DNA of 63,134 nucleotides, counting the filler, from Craspedostauros australis (taxonomy: Eukaryota): the NCBI GenBank assembly GCA_030167865.1. It is 5 parts of 5 records of this genome, joined end to end, with 100 filler letters (N's around TTAATTAATTAA, not from the genome) between each part and the next. Parts side by side here need not be neighbours in the genome. Positions count along the whole stretch, not along the records: positions 1 to 27,757 come from JALAGF010000141.1; 4 more parts are not named here. One strand, given 5' to 3'. The notes under the pieces were generated by a model, which saw only the letters and a program-made list of their open reading frames with translations, had not been told where the DNA came from and searched no databases. Positions 10,956 through 23,463 of this stretch are shown in pieces. Both the position numbers and the translations under genes were made by a program. Position 1 is the stretch's first letter. Every line of letters begins with the position of its first letter.

Positions 10956-11903
10956 ATGCCGGCAATTCTCGCCCTCCTGTCGTGGTCCATGTTTGCTGGC
11001 TTTTCGGGCAGCGGGTTGGCCTATCTCGCCAAGATCCGGTTGCCCGTCTACAACTTCCAGATCCAGCAATTCCCTACCCTCGTGCGAGACAAGGCATCAA
11101 CGTCCTCCCTCCTGCCCGCCTACTTTGCGCGCATCGGGGCCAACATCTCCCTCACCAACGACAACTTCGTCCCCATTGACGTGCACGCCATGTCCATCCA
11201 ACTCTACTACCCCACCTGGTCCAACACCTTGCCCAAGCAGCAGTACTACCGCATGGCACACATTCGGGATGAGCGGCAGGAGTACAACGATCCCCTGTGG
11301 AAGATTCAGTCTTCCAGCACCGACGTTGACTTTCATGCAGAATGGAACACGGACGTGGCCAAAACCACCACCACCAACAAAAGCAAGGGCAAGGGCAAGA
11401 GCATCAACGACAGCAAAAATATGACGCAAGAAGATGCTATCCAGTATTTCATTCAAAAAGAAAAGGACAAGCAGGAGAAGTTGCAAACGCGCCGACGGCG
11501 AAGAGAAAAGGACCAACAGCAGCATTCCATGGCCCCGTCGCTCAACGCCTCCGCGTCGGACGCGACGTTATGGAAGATACCGGCGCGCGATCAGTTCTCT
11601 ATCCAGGATCACGTGCTCGTCGATCATCAGATGAGTGTAATGGGTGTGCCGAGGTTGCTGTATGATCTCATCTTTGTGAATCGCGGCGCTCACATCCACG
11701 TGCCCAGTTCCGGCGTGCTTCACATCAAGGCGTTGGGCGCGCCCGCCACAGTGGGGATCGTGTGCGATAACATCTTCCATGTGTGGTCTTTGACGATGGA
11801 AGGATACACCTGCGATCTGGCGGGTCTGCCGCAAGTGGGCGGCTGGAGCGATCCCGCTGCGTACTTTGCGAAGATCGAGCAGAAGCACTACATTATCGTG
11901 TAG
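10956..11903 (+). CDS. LEA_2/WHy-like membrane-anchored protein
   Basis: First in-frame ATG at 10956 opens a hydrophobic segment (MPAILALLSWSMFAGFSGSGLAYL); ANISLTNDNFVPIDVHAMSIQLYY resembles the LEA_2 strand-NxN-strand motif. Confidence 0.55.
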   Translation: MPAILALLSWSMFAGFSGSGLAYLAKIRLPVYNFQIQQFPTLVRDKASTSSLLPAYFARIGANISLTNDNFVPIDVHAMSIQLYYPTWSNTLPKQQYYRMAHIRDERQEYNDPLWKIQSSSTDVDFHAEWNTDVAKTTTTNKSKGKGKSINDSKNMTQEDAIQYFIQKEKDKQEKLQTRRRRREKDQQQHSMAPSLNASASDATLWKIPARDQFSIQDHVLVDHQMSVMGVPRLLYDLIFVNRGAHIHVPSSGVLHIKALGAPATVGIVCDNIFHVWSLTMEGYTCDLAGLPQVGGWSDPAAYFAKIEQKHYIIV

Positions 11904-12425
11904 TGTAGAGCACCGTATGTACGGGCAGAACAATGAACGTGATCGATCACTCTACTGTGGCCGTATTGCGCGAAGCTATCACAATCATGAAGGGCACGGT
12001 GCATCCTAATCCGTGCGAGTCCTTGTACGTCCGCACGATATGATACAATTGACATCGACAACGCTCACCGTCCCAGTATTCTGGTTCATCAGTCATGACA
12101 CGTGCGCCTTGGTACAATCCCATCTGAAATATAATAGAATAGCTCGTAGTGCAAGAGACAACATGTTAATATTGTGACAACTCAGAAGAATGCAAGCGCA
12201 CCGTAAGATCAGAGTAGTCGCATCATGAAAAATAATATTATGCTCTAGAGAGTAATAACTTGTAGTATTACGGCACTATGCGAGTATTCGTGCCGCGGCC
12301 CCCACCTTGTTCATGCATCGTCGGGGTGTCAGGTCAACGGAGGTTGTGAACGGGACGCCAAATGCACGAGATTACCATGTCATAGCAGCTCGTGATTTTC
12401 GTATTGGTAGACACTAAGACGATTC

Positions 12426-15400
12426 CTAAACGGTTGGATTATTGTACGTGGGAAGGGTGTTGATGTGCGTCGCTGATCTTGCTGCCGTTGTGGCGCCTTG
12501 GCCTCCTCCTAGATGTGGCTGAGTTATTTCTGAGGATAGGTAGGGGTGGTCGTCCGTGGCAGTGTCGTGGAAACCACTGGGATCAGCGGCCACATCCGTC
12601 TCCTCGTACGGGTAGCACCCGCAGCAGGCAGTCAATCGTGTCAAGGATGATTGCTGCGATTCCGTCGTCCTCCGTAGCGGTTGGAAGCTGTTTGTGACGA
12701 GGCAACGGAACGCAATGCAAAGGCGAGTAGGTCGGAGCGTGGAAACAGATTGGATGGTTATTGTCAGCTGCAAGTGGAAGATGGCAGCTCGCAGTATACT
12801 CGCAGTTTGGTCGCAACAACAATCCAAATCGCAGAAGGACGCATCAAATTCTTGTCTGTGCCAGCTTCCCCAAAGCTGTGCAACGCGGCAAAAATATGTG
12901 CACACATGCGCCCACGCATTTGCACCCCACGTCAACAACACGGCACAGCACAACGCAGGACGATACGCACCTGACTTCTCCGAACATGGGAATGTTGGTG
13001 ACCCCTTTGCCTTGCACGGAGGTCCATCCGTCCCTTCGCTTCCATCGCAGCTTTCGCGGGTGGACCGCTGCCTGACCACCGTAGAGCAGAAGGCGGCCGT
13101 ACTCGTCACGACTGACAACCCAAGCGCCCATGCCCAGGAGCGTCACGACCATCGGGGCCAGGATGACGACGAGGAGCTTGGTCTCGATTTCCATGGGTAT
13201 AGCCATCGGAATGACTTCTCCCAGGATCACGACCAACACCATAGAAAGCAGGGCCGAGAGGGAGTAGAGGTTGCCCGCTGTGAGTTGCGACTCCGTGAGT
13301 CGGAAGTATCCCACCTGATGGCCGTGGATGATGTAGATGAGGGAGCCTGAGCAGATGGCGAGGACCGAGACGACGGGCGCCACGATGTACCTCCACCGAA
13401 TGACGTCGTCGAAGCCGAAGTCGACCTTGAGGACTGTGAATATCATGCCGCCGAATACGAGCACCCAGCAGAGGACTCTGACGAAGTGCTGTGTCTTGCA
13501 GACGATGCCATCGAGGATGCCACCGATGACGATGATCCAGAGCGGGAAGAATGCGGCGCACAGCGACATCCTGTTGTGGTGGATGAGTCTGAGGTAGAGG
13601 AGGATTTCGAAGAGGAAGAAGCCGAAGGAGATGCAGCCGGTTTTGAATCCGAATTTGAGCGATCTCTGCAGCAGCGGCAGGTACTCCGTTCTGTCGAGGT
13701 GGTCCCTGGAATCCGGACGCTGACGCGAGTCGTTGGCTTCCGCGATGAACAGCGAAAGCGCCTTGGCGGACATGATGTGGCACCAGAAGAGACCAACATG
13801 GGACAACCATGACGGCATGAGGATGAACCAGAATGGTAGATGCGGGAGCAAACGCGTCCATCTCGACATGGCGAACAGCACGGTCATGGCAAATCCGACA
13901 GAGACAATTAGCTGTGTGTGCAAAATGACAGTGCGTGTTGAAGGTGTGTTCGTGATATTGCAACATCCAGATATGTTGTTGTGCGTTGGGGGAAGTGGGT
14001 TGTGGAGGTACGGTGAGAATTTGGCGATGAGAATATCACGTTGGACTCACGCAAACAAGAGCCGAACGAATGAGGACATGTGGATGGACACATGCACACA
14101 TGACACAATACATCACGCTGTCATTGACACTGCGTCCAACACTCACCCACGTCTTGGTCAACGGCTTGAGGACCTGCAACGCTGCCTTACGCACAGCGTA
14201 GACGTCCTCCGGGATTTCCATGAGGGGCGGCATGCCGTGACCATCGTCACCGTCGCCATCCCCACGACCATCGCCACCTCCTACAGCAACTGCGGAACCG
14301 TTCGCGTAGTGTTGTCGCGACTGTGGCATGGAATAGTTCTGATCGTGGGACTGGTGATGTGGATCCGAGATGGAGTCATAGTACTTGTATCCCGATGCAA
14401 AGCCTTCTGCATCACCGTTGCCGTTGCCAGCACCACTTCCAGAGGCTGTGGCAATGTGTTCATCAGGTACTGTTGCGCTGTTGGCAATGCGATTTGGCCC
14501 CACGACGACATGCTTTGTTGGCGGTTGATAAGTTCCGTTTGATCGAACGCGCAAAGTGGTACGATCATTGCTTTCGTTGGTCTTCCGCAAGTGTCGCGAC
14601 TGCTGTTGTTGTTGCTGTTGCTGCTGCCTATGGTGTGTTTCATTGTTCGAATGGCCGTTTTCATGGGCGTGATATGCGTGCGCATACTCATACTCATACT
14701 CGTACCCGTGTTCGTCGTTTGTGCTGTTGTTGTTGTTCTGTTTGGCTGACATGACCGCGTGCGACGTTGGCAGTGATTGCGGCTGATTGGTGGTCATTGT
14801 GTTGGATGGGGCGGCGAGGTTGAGGTTTATGTTATCAACATCGCTGAAGACGGACACGGAGGAGAGTATGGGGGCGTTGCCGATGGGCGCACCGATGACG
14901 GCATTGTCGTTGCTGATGGCGCTGTCGTTGGCATTGTCACCGCCTCGATCATTGGGCGTGTCTGCGTTGTCATTGCTGCGGCTGTTGGCGTTGCTCAGAG
15001 AGTTGTCTGCGTTGTCATTGGTGTAGTTGCTGTTGTTGCTGTAGTTGCTATTGCTGTTGCCAATGACTGGATTGATTTGTTCTGCGGAACCGGTTGCTGG
15101 GACCCTGAGAAGGCTGAGAGAGTTGTTGCCGATGGCGGGATCGTTCGAATGATCGTGGTGATTAGCAGTCGGTTTTGGAGGAGAGTGGTTGTTGGCGACG
15201 GTTTCAGACTGTTCACCCTGAAGCAGGTGATGGTCCATCCTCTGCGAGAACAGCAATGGTGACGATGACGAAGTTCTTCCTTTGCTGTAGCCGTTGATGG
15301 TGCTTCCGTAGTCACGCTGCTGCTTGATACTGTCTCGGATGCCCCCACTGACAGGGTTGCTGGTGCTTGCGACTGTTCTGGGCGTCGGTGAGCGTCTTCG

Positions 15401-15718
15401 GATGCCTGCTGCTCCAACTATTGAACTACTACTACTGCTGCTGCCGCCAATGCTGCCGTTCGCCTGCGTCGGAAGCAGCGGATCCGACTCGCCAACCGAG
15501 CGGTTGACAAAGCCCCTGTCTTCGTGCTTGGCTTTGACCCTGACTTTGTCCTTCGCTCTGTACTTGTCTTTGTCTTTGTCGAAGGAGGAGGAGAGCAAAG
15601 CCAGCGGAGAAGATGGACGAGAGTGCGAACGCGATTGCGAAGGGACCCGACGCAAGCGGTGCTCGAATGGAGCAGGAGCGGAAGCAGAGGTCGTCGAGGA
15701 TCTGGACAGCGATCTCAT
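12426..15718 (-). CDS. TMEM185/FAM11-like multi-pass membrane protein with long disordered N-terminus; 3 exons (15718-14147, 13911-12971, 12687-12426)
   Basis: GT-AG introns 14146-13912 (TGG|gtgagt...cacag|CTA) and 12970-12688 (AG|gtgcgt...aacag|C) join three ORFs in frame; exon 2 has many TM helices with W..(I/V)..P(L/S)W and LKVD motifs. Confidence 0.7.
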
Positions 15719-17145
15719 CTGTCGTCCCGGTCAGGGAATGCTCCGTCGTTGTCTGGTGCGGTGTTGAGGAAGGAGTACGAGCGTGGTGCACCCGTATGCT
15801 GAGTGCACTTGTACTTGTACTTGCGCTTTACTTGTACTTGTGCTTGTCGTTGCGCTCCTATTAGTGCGAGCTACGAGCAACTAGTGGTCATGCAGTGCGC
15901 CTTCACTTCGTGTGACTGTCCGCGCGGCTCCTCTGCGAGCAATTGGAGTGAGTATAGTGTGAGGAGACTTTTGCGACAATCGATGATGGCAATCGACAAT
16001 CGACAATGACAAGTGATGAACGATCGACGCAATCTTATGCCTGTTTGCCTGTCCGAATGGGTTGGACGTGGGACTCAGCGCAAGGTTGTTTTGGTCGGAT
16101 GACTTTTTCGCTGAGAATCTCAACCTGCGTGGCCCTTTTTGCTGTTGTGTTTGCGTCTTTGCTGCGGCTTTGCGCGGGTGCTCGTTGCCTGTCTTTGTTG
16201 TCGTTGCGGTTGTCGATGGATGTGCAGGCACTTCGTTGCTATCGTGTGCAAGTATCGATGCACATGCAACTCCCTTCCGCAATTCCTCTCGCTGTCTTTT
16301 TCTTCGTCTTATTCTTCTCGGAATTCGTTCGCTTCGAGTGTAATGCCGCGCGGATGCATGCAACACAAAAGGTGGTGTGGGATGATGTTGATGGCGGAGG
16401 AGCGAGGTCGGAACGAAGGTCCTTGTCGCTGAGGGCGCGTTTGTCAGTGTAGATCGGCCGCATGGGTGGCTGCACTTGCTTCTTGTGCACGCTTCAGCAC
16501 GATGTCCTTGTCCTCATTCTGGGCGCGAAACACGGCAGTCCTTGCTGCGCGCATTGGACCTGTTTGCACGTTGCCGGAAAATTTCACGCTTCGCGGCAGC
16601 GTTAACCGCGACGAGGTGCCTGCCTTGCTCGTCATTCCTCACCACCTGATCAAATGGCGGGAAGCGCAGGATCGTGTCCGTTGTGGCAGCTTGTGATTGG
16701 TCGAATTTGGCTTGCTACCTCGCGTCGGAACGCTCCACTATCCCACGATCACAAGTAAGACGTGTCCTACATACAGTTTTGTACATAGTGTTCATGGAGA
16801 CTCCGACTCGCAATGACACAAAACGTGTCGCTACGACTCTATCGTCGCGCCTGTCATCTCACACCCCACCAAAACAGATTTTCAAAACCAGTTTTGTCTA
16901 GACTATCAATCGTGCATAGAGAGGTGGGAGAGACGGAAAACGTCAAATCTACCACTGCATGGGAAATGATGCACCAGTACATACTATCCCTTCATGACCC
17001 AGAGATAATTACACTATTATATCGTTTATCTCGACACCATGTTAAATTTTGAACACGTTTGTCCTACCACGGCCTACGTGAAAACTAAATCTGTACCATC
17101 GTTTACTAGTGCTATCGTTGGGAACCACTGAAATTATGTTTTACC

Positions 17146-17430
17146 TTACTTCAACACCTTCCATGGTAGATACCCCCAATGTTCCTTGCAGAAGTGGACT
17201 TCGCACAAACTGAAGATCCGTTTGACCCTTTTTGGAGTGTTTCTTTCGAGGCCAGTAATTTTATTTGTGGCCCCCAAGCAGCAGCAATATTGGCAAAGTC
17301 GTTGCTTACCATCCTTGTCGATTATGTGTCCGTGGTCTTCATACACCCCATGAACATATCCTCGCTTAGTTCTGGTTGGGTACTGCTCATCTTCATCCTT
17401 GTTCATATCTCCTGTGGGATTCTCCCTGCC
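17146..17430 (-). pseudogene. piggyBac-like transposase C-terminal Cys-rich zinc-ribbon fragment
   Basis: QRLCQYC...KRVKRIFSLCEVHFCKEHW resembles the piggyBac C-terminal CRD; cut off upstream by the LTR-like repeat. Confidence 0.45.
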
Positions 17431-18239
17431 TGTTGGCAAGTTCTGTGATTGGAAGCCTACGATCGTGGAAGACGGTGTTGGTTGATATTCGTTCTGTTTG
17501 CTATTTCATTAGTTGAGCACTCTAATCCTCTTGGTGTCTCCGTTCTCTTGCCCAATGCTCTTGGCACGTTAATATGTTTTGTAGATTGGGTCTCCAACTA
17601 TGAGTTGGTGTGAGAGATGCTCTCTTGCTGCTATTTGTATTCTCTCTCTCTCTCTCTCCATATCATGTACTTGCATGACACTATACTTCTCGTTCGATGC
17701 GTATTCCGCATTCGACACTCCTTTCATTCAGTACTGTCTTCTACTCCAAGAGTACTTACCATTTGAACTTCATCTCCCGTATCCATGATCCTGATGTCCT
17801 TTGGTCATCGGATCTTTGCCTCCTGCTCTGACCTGGAGACAGATGTCGACGTGGTGACACGATGACATCCTGTCAACGTCAGTAGGCGTCCTTCTGCTCT
17901 CCAGATGTCATGTTCCATTGGTGATGCAGTAGTCTGTCAGATGATATCGTCATCTGAGGTTTAGTTGGGAAGTACCTTGAGATTCGCTTGGTACCATACG
18001 TCTCCATTGATGGATGGATGGACGATATTTCCAATTCTCTCAGAAATCGTCGATTGGAAATTTCCTCCAGAAAGTCTGCTCATTTTCGTGTGTTCCATTT
18101 CCACTGTAATTCTGACAAATCACAGCATACTATTGACACGAATGTAGTTGTACCGTTCGTACATGAATAAGAGATTAACAGGTGAACGATGCACATATAC
18201 ACGTACATGTCGACATATACTCACATGTACATCTCGACA
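17431..18239 (-). mobile_element. Solo LTR-like element, copy 1 (~809 bp)
   Basis: Reverse complement aligns end to end with 60634-61435; termini TGTCG...CAACA on the minus strand; interrupts the MULE ORF. Confidence 0.75.
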
Positions 18240-19157
18240 GATGTGGTACATGCAACACGTGTGAGTGATGCCCCATCCTACCAACATCGTTTGCACTTCG
18301 CCACTCTCAAGGCCCTTCGCACCATCGCTCATGAGCAGGCGCACGTTTGGAAAGCTGTCCCTCACATGATCAAGGAACCATTTCCAGTTGCTTGCTGTTT
18401 CAACAGGGAGAATGCCAAACGCAAGAATGACGAGTTGGCGTGATGCATCATAAGCAGTCAGGAGGCACATGTAACCCTTCACTGCAGATCGAAGGTGAGT
18501 GGCATCCACACACACCATGCCATCGAAATGAGAGAATGTCTTGATGCTTCCACCAGGTGCACAAAAGACGTGGCGCAATTGCATTCCATCGTCACCATTG
18601 ATGTCACCTTGGACTGGACCAATGTCAACCTTGTACGCTCCTCCACTGTCTTTCTCGGCCAAAGCACCGATGTAGGACCGAATCAATTTGCACTCAGCCA
18701 AGTGCTTCTTGATTGTAACTCCTTTGTCCCTGATGATATCGTAGAGCTGCCCCTTTTTCAGCGTGATGGACAATTCGTTCTTGATCATGTTGCCCAGTTG
18801 CTGACGTCCACCCGCAGCAGGAACTTGATACTTCCCAATGATGTCAGTCATCTCGTCCAAGATGGCAGTTTTGTAGCTTGCCTTGCGGGTACATGTGCCC
18901 TGACAAGCATGGCCAACGAAGTGCGTGATGCGGACCCCTTTGCCATTCTTCAAGAGACGAGCATGGCAGTCGAAGGGACAGTCGGTAGCATCAGAGCACA
19001 CGAGCTTGATTGCATCGCCTGACCTCTTCTTTTGAATGTATCCGGCACCAGCAGGCAAGCTGTGCGACAATACAGCCGCACAAACATGAATGAAGTCCAC
19101 TCCTTCCTTTTCCGCTCCCTTTGCAAGGGTGATGAACGATTTGCTGTTGCTGGACAT
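18240..19157 (-). pseudogene. MULE (Mutator-like) DDE transposase, 3'-truncated
   Basis: MuDR-type CSDATDCPFDCHAR...HAC, then MULE core VCVDATHL...AYDASRQLVILAFGILPVETASNWKWFL...LMSDGAKGL...HTCCMYHI; homology stops at the LTR boundary. Confidence 0.85.
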
Positions 19158-19584
19158 GCTGGTTGTTGAACAGTTTGATGCGATTGTTGTGTTTGCTACG
19201 TTGGATGCGATTTATGTTATGGCTCGGCAGCCTGTTGTTTTGCATGCTCAGATGGATGCAGTGCATTTGTATGGAGCCACTCGATGATACATTTGGTCAG
19301 AACACGATCCATGGCGCAAAGAATCGGAGCAAATGGATGGATGATGCGCATATCTACGACTAAAGTAGGCATTAATTCCCTTCATTGGATGTCACATATT
19401 CGTATGGATTATTTACTTGCATTCTATGATGAGTGTGTCACATTTATATGATGTGGTTTGTCTTTTTCGTGCGTGTTACAGGTAATCTACATTCATGTGC
19501 TAACCTCGGATGTCGACAAGACATCTCTGTGTCCATGGGATGTCGCATCGACATTTGGACGTTTTGACACTTTAAGTAACACAA

Positions 19585-19642
19585 AACAGGCTGGTTGATG
19601 CAAATCGGCACTTCAAAAGGGCTGGTTCGTGAATTTTCTCCC
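19585..19642 (-). mobile_element. Putative 5' terminal inverted repeat of the MULE element
   Basis: Minus strand reads GGGAGAAAATTCACGAACCAGCC...AACCAGCC upstream of the transposase; partner TIR not seen. Confidence 0.35.
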
Positions 19643-19777
19643 AAACAACGCACTCAACGCACAACGCCCTCTTCGGACCATCGCATTCACCTCACAACAA
19701 CTTGGAACATTATTAACATCAATCACAAGAAGAACCAAGGTGACGACTCAAGAAGCAGCATCATCTTCCTGTCAACC

Positions 19778-21240
19778 ATGCCAACGCCTCCAAACACATG
19801 GCTACCGTCTATCCATGGCGTGAACACGAGGCAGAAGCTCGTTTGTGCCATCGGCTTCACGATCGTATTGACGAATTTGAGGTGGTCTCAGCAGACATTG
19901 GGAGCTTTCACAATGCCAACCATTGGTGCCTACAGAGATGCCGTCGTCGACACTTCAACAGAAGCAGTTTCCAGCCACTCTCTTCGATGGAATAGCAACA
20001 TCACGGACTTCCCATCCTTCATGCTGCAATGGCCAACCGATACATTCGAACCAGACCAATGCGATATCATGAACGCTTCAATGCCGTACATCTTCACCAT
20101 CACCAACTATTCTAAATCGTACGATCCGGAGGATGCCTTTAGATCTTTTACGGTAGCATCACTGAAGCATGGAAGCAAGGCGGTGCTTCAATGAAGGAAG
20201 TCAATCGCACGAATTCGACGAACGTTGCCATCGGTCAAGTCAAAACAGTCGCGTGCAGGATAGGCAACCCATACGGGATACGCCACTTCCCACATCTGAT
20301 GCAAAACTTGTACCCATGCTGGCCGTTGTGGAAGCACTTCCCAGACGCTGAACACATCTTTTTTCTTGGCAACCATTCCTCCAAAAAGATGTTTCGTTGG
20401 TCTGTGTTAGGCGCTACAACTCTCAAACTGTTTGAAGCAGAGAACGTTACGTTCATCACCACGCCTCAGCAGCACTACATCGAAGAATTCAAAAATCGCC
20501 CCAACGAGCTGCTCTTTGTCGGGGCGAAGATCGTGAGTGAGCACTGGGATGTTGTGGAGGCAGGTGGTTACCGAGCTCCCCACGAAGACGACATGTCAGA
20601 TTTCAGGACGCATGTCTTGAATCTATTTGGGTTAGGCCGTTACGTCAATCAAGCTTGTGGAATGACTTCCCAGTCTGATGCGCATGAGGCATCTCCAAAA
20701 TTGCTGGGAACCAACGGCAAAGCAGACACGGGCGATGGCTCAAACGCCCCAACACGCCGCCCACCACGCATCGTCATCGCCAATCGTTTCAAAACCCGGC
20801 GATTTCTCCGAGCGCACAACATCTCCATGCTCCTGCAGGGGGAGCTCAATCTTCCGTACAGACCTCCCGTTTTCTACATCGACAACCTGCCAGCCGAACA
20901 GCAACTGGAGTTATTCTCCAACATCGACATTTTGCTGACACCGCATGGAGCGATGCTGGCAAATACACCATTCATGCCTCGTTGCAGTTCAGTGGTCGAA
21001 GTGATCCCGCGCGCCTATCCTCTTGGAAGATACTTTGGATCGCTGGCTGCAATATCCGGTGTCAATCATTCCTATGTCTACCTTGGAGAGGATTTGGTTG
21101 CCGACACTGTAGGTTGGAGAACGCGGGAGTTGCAAGGCCGTGCGCGCTCAGTTCCACTATGCGCGCCAGTGCATGCGCTCATAGAGGCAGTGAAGATCCA
21201 GGTCGATCAGTGGCACCAGTGCTGCGGATTTGCCGGTTAA
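19778..21240 (+). pseudogene. GT61 paralogue of 999-2498 with a -1 frameshift near 20141-20149
   Basis: RWNSNITDFPSFMLQWPTDTF matches copy 1; homology (YGSITEAWKQ vs HGNLTEAWHQ) continues in another frame into ORF 20191-21240 containing IDILLTPHGAML. Confidence 0.8.
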
Positions 21241-21486
21241 GCAGTTGTTGGAGTCCGTCTGTGGCGAGTATGGTAGATACGACTACTTTTATTCATACCA
21301 GTACTCTCTCTCTCTCTCTCTCTCTACTTGCAGAGAGTCTTACACGTGATGGAGTACGAATATGCATCATCTGAGCCATTCATCTTCACTTAAACGCAGA
21401 GTGTGTACTCTCGCACGACGATTGCGTGGTTTGGTGTTGTACTGTGCTATTAATTTTGCTCTACTCGCACGTACCCGTACAGAACA

Positions 21487-23463
21487 TTAGAAACTCCACA
21501 GGAGCTTCTCCTTCGGCAGCTTATACTTCGGCCGCATCGTTGGTCCGTACGTCGCGTTCAGATGGCGCAAAAAGTCCTGGTAGCGCACCCGGTTGTACGC
21601 ATTGTTGTGGTTGCGACGATCGTTGCTCACCACGGAATGATCCAGATGAGACGCCCACACTTGCCGCAGTGTGGCGAACTCGTAACCGTCCAGATGAAGC
21701 TCGATGAACCACGAGAACTTGTTGTATCCATACCCGCGAAAGCTGCTCCAAAGCTGGGGCAGCCGGTTGACCCTGCCATCGTTCCGATCCAGATTACGGC
21801 GGGACGCCAGCACGTACGGCTCGAACTGCAACCTGTACCCGATGTGAAAGTACGGGTCCGACGTCGGCTTGTCCGCCTTCGCAAATCGCTCCCATCTGCC
21901 ATAATTCGTCGGTAGGTGCCCTTGATTCCACACGTCTAGCTTGAATCCCATCATGCTGCCTTCGTGCACGCGGCTCACCACCTCCAGCGGAGTTTGCGGC
22001 AGCGTCGCATCGCCGCCGTCATCTCGGGCGAAGACGGAATAGGCGGGCACGACGAACACCACCTTGCGGGTGCGCAGGGCATCGCGCAGGGGATATTTGC
22101 CTGCATCGAGCTGACGTTGGAATCGTCGGTTGGCTTTGGCGATTTCATCCTTGCTGCGAGTCTCCTTCTTGTCATTGGTGCTGTCTCCCACTTTTGCGGA
22201 TGGCGATGCATGTCGTTCGTGTTGCGTCCCGTCCGCGTACATGTTCAAGTTTGGAACCAAGTCGCCCTTCACGCCATCGGGCCTGTCTGCATTCGGTTCC
22301 GCCGCAACGATGGAATCGCACGAGTACAGCTGTTCATGCATGTTGGGATGGATCCGCCGGATCAGCGCATCGTGTAGATTGGGCGATGGGATCAAGTCCA
22401 CATCCAACCCGACGAAGTAATCGGCACCGCAATGATTCATAGCAAGATTCCGCAGGATGTTGTGCGGATACGACGATCGGATGATCTGTTCGAACTTGCG
22501 CCGCTTCTCGGTTGCGGAAGATGGCGACGTCATCGTCATCGTCATCACGTCCCCGCGAGCTCCACCCTCCATGACGACGTGGAACGAGGCTTGGTTGAGC
22601 AAGAAGGCGGCATCGGATCGTTTTGCATCATTCTCGTCACCATAACTGTGTTGCCATCGAATTCGCAGTTCATGCACGAAGTCCCGGATTTGTTCGACGC
22701 TGGCAATGTGCACAACGATCGACGATGGTCCATTCCAGTACTGCAGCTGCAGCATGAGGTTGGCAAATTTGGGCACGCTCAAATGCGTGCAGAGCACGAC
22801 ATCTTCCGGATGCAAAGTCGGAAGGCTGCGACGCCGAATCACGTTGGGAAGCTCCACTCTTGAGACGTTGAGAAACGCAGTTTTCGCCGACCCCGCATCA
22901 TCCCACTCCATCCGCGCGGATTCGATGGCCTCTGGAACGAAAATGCGCGCGTCGGCATCCTTCCATTTCTCGATGAGGGATTCCTCCAACCGCCGAAAGA
23001 ACTGCTCATCCGGTGGAGGTATTCGCATCAACTGCATGGCGCGTACAGTGTGTGACGATCTTCCCGTGGCATCCCAACTTTCTGTGCGATCCAATGATGT
23101 CCATTTGTCGTCGCCTCGTCCCCCACGGCTCCTCGTTTCATCCATACCATTCGCTACGTAGCTGCCTCCCGTCTGCGATAGCAGCAGCGCACCGTCCAGC
23201 ATTCGATTGCACAGGAAAAAGTAACCATACAAGCCAACGATAAGGATGCCAAGTCGAACTGACATTGCCCGTGATTGGCGATTCTGATCCCCCCTTCGTC
23301 CACCAGCATCCTGCTGCACCGCCATTGGTGAGATTGGCGAGATTGCTGACATTGGTGGGAGTGCATGGCCATCTCCGCTGTCGCCGTAGTCGTTGCGACT
23401 GTCACTGACGCTGATGAAGCCGTTGTTGCCCACATGCCGTCGTTGGAGGCTTTGTTGTAGCAT
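21487..23463 (-). CDS. Glycosyltransferase family 49 (LARGE/B4GAT1-like)
   Basis: N-terminal TM; YPHNILRNLA, DxD motif (GLDVDLIP), VFVVPAY, FEPYVLA, FRGYGYNKFSW. Confidence 0.85.
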   Translation of the reverse strand: MLQQSLQRRHVGNNGFISVSDSRNDYGDSGDGHALPPMSAISPISPMAVQQDAGGRRGDQNRQSRAMSVRLGILIVGLYGYFFLCNRMLDGALLLSQTGGSYVANGMDETRSRGGRGDDKWTSLDRTESWDATGRSSHTVRAMQLMRIPPPDEQFFRRLEESLIEKWKDADARIFVPEAIESARMEWDDAGSAKTAFLNVSRVELPNVIRRRSLPTLHPEDVVLCTHLSVPKFANLMLQLQYWNGPSSIVVHIASVEQIRDFVHELRIRWQHSYGDENDAKRSDAAFLLNQASFHVVMEGGARGDVMTMTMTSPSSATEKRRKFEQIIRSSYPHNILRNLAMNHCGADYFVGLDVDLIPSPNLHDALIRRIHPNMHEQLYSCDSIVAAEPNADRPDGVKGDLVPNLNMYADGTQHERHASPSAKVGDSTNDKKETRSKDEIAKANRRFQRQLDAGKYPLRDALRTRKVVFVVPAYSVFARDDGGDATLPQTPLEVVSRVHEGSMMGFKLDVWNQGHLPTNYGRWERFAKADKPTSDPYFHIGYRLQFEPYVLASRRNLDRNDGRVNRLPQLWSSFRGYGYNKFSWFIELHLDGYEFATLRQVWASHLDHSVVSNDRRNHNNAYNRVRYQDFLRHLNATYGPTMRPKYKLPKEKLLWSF

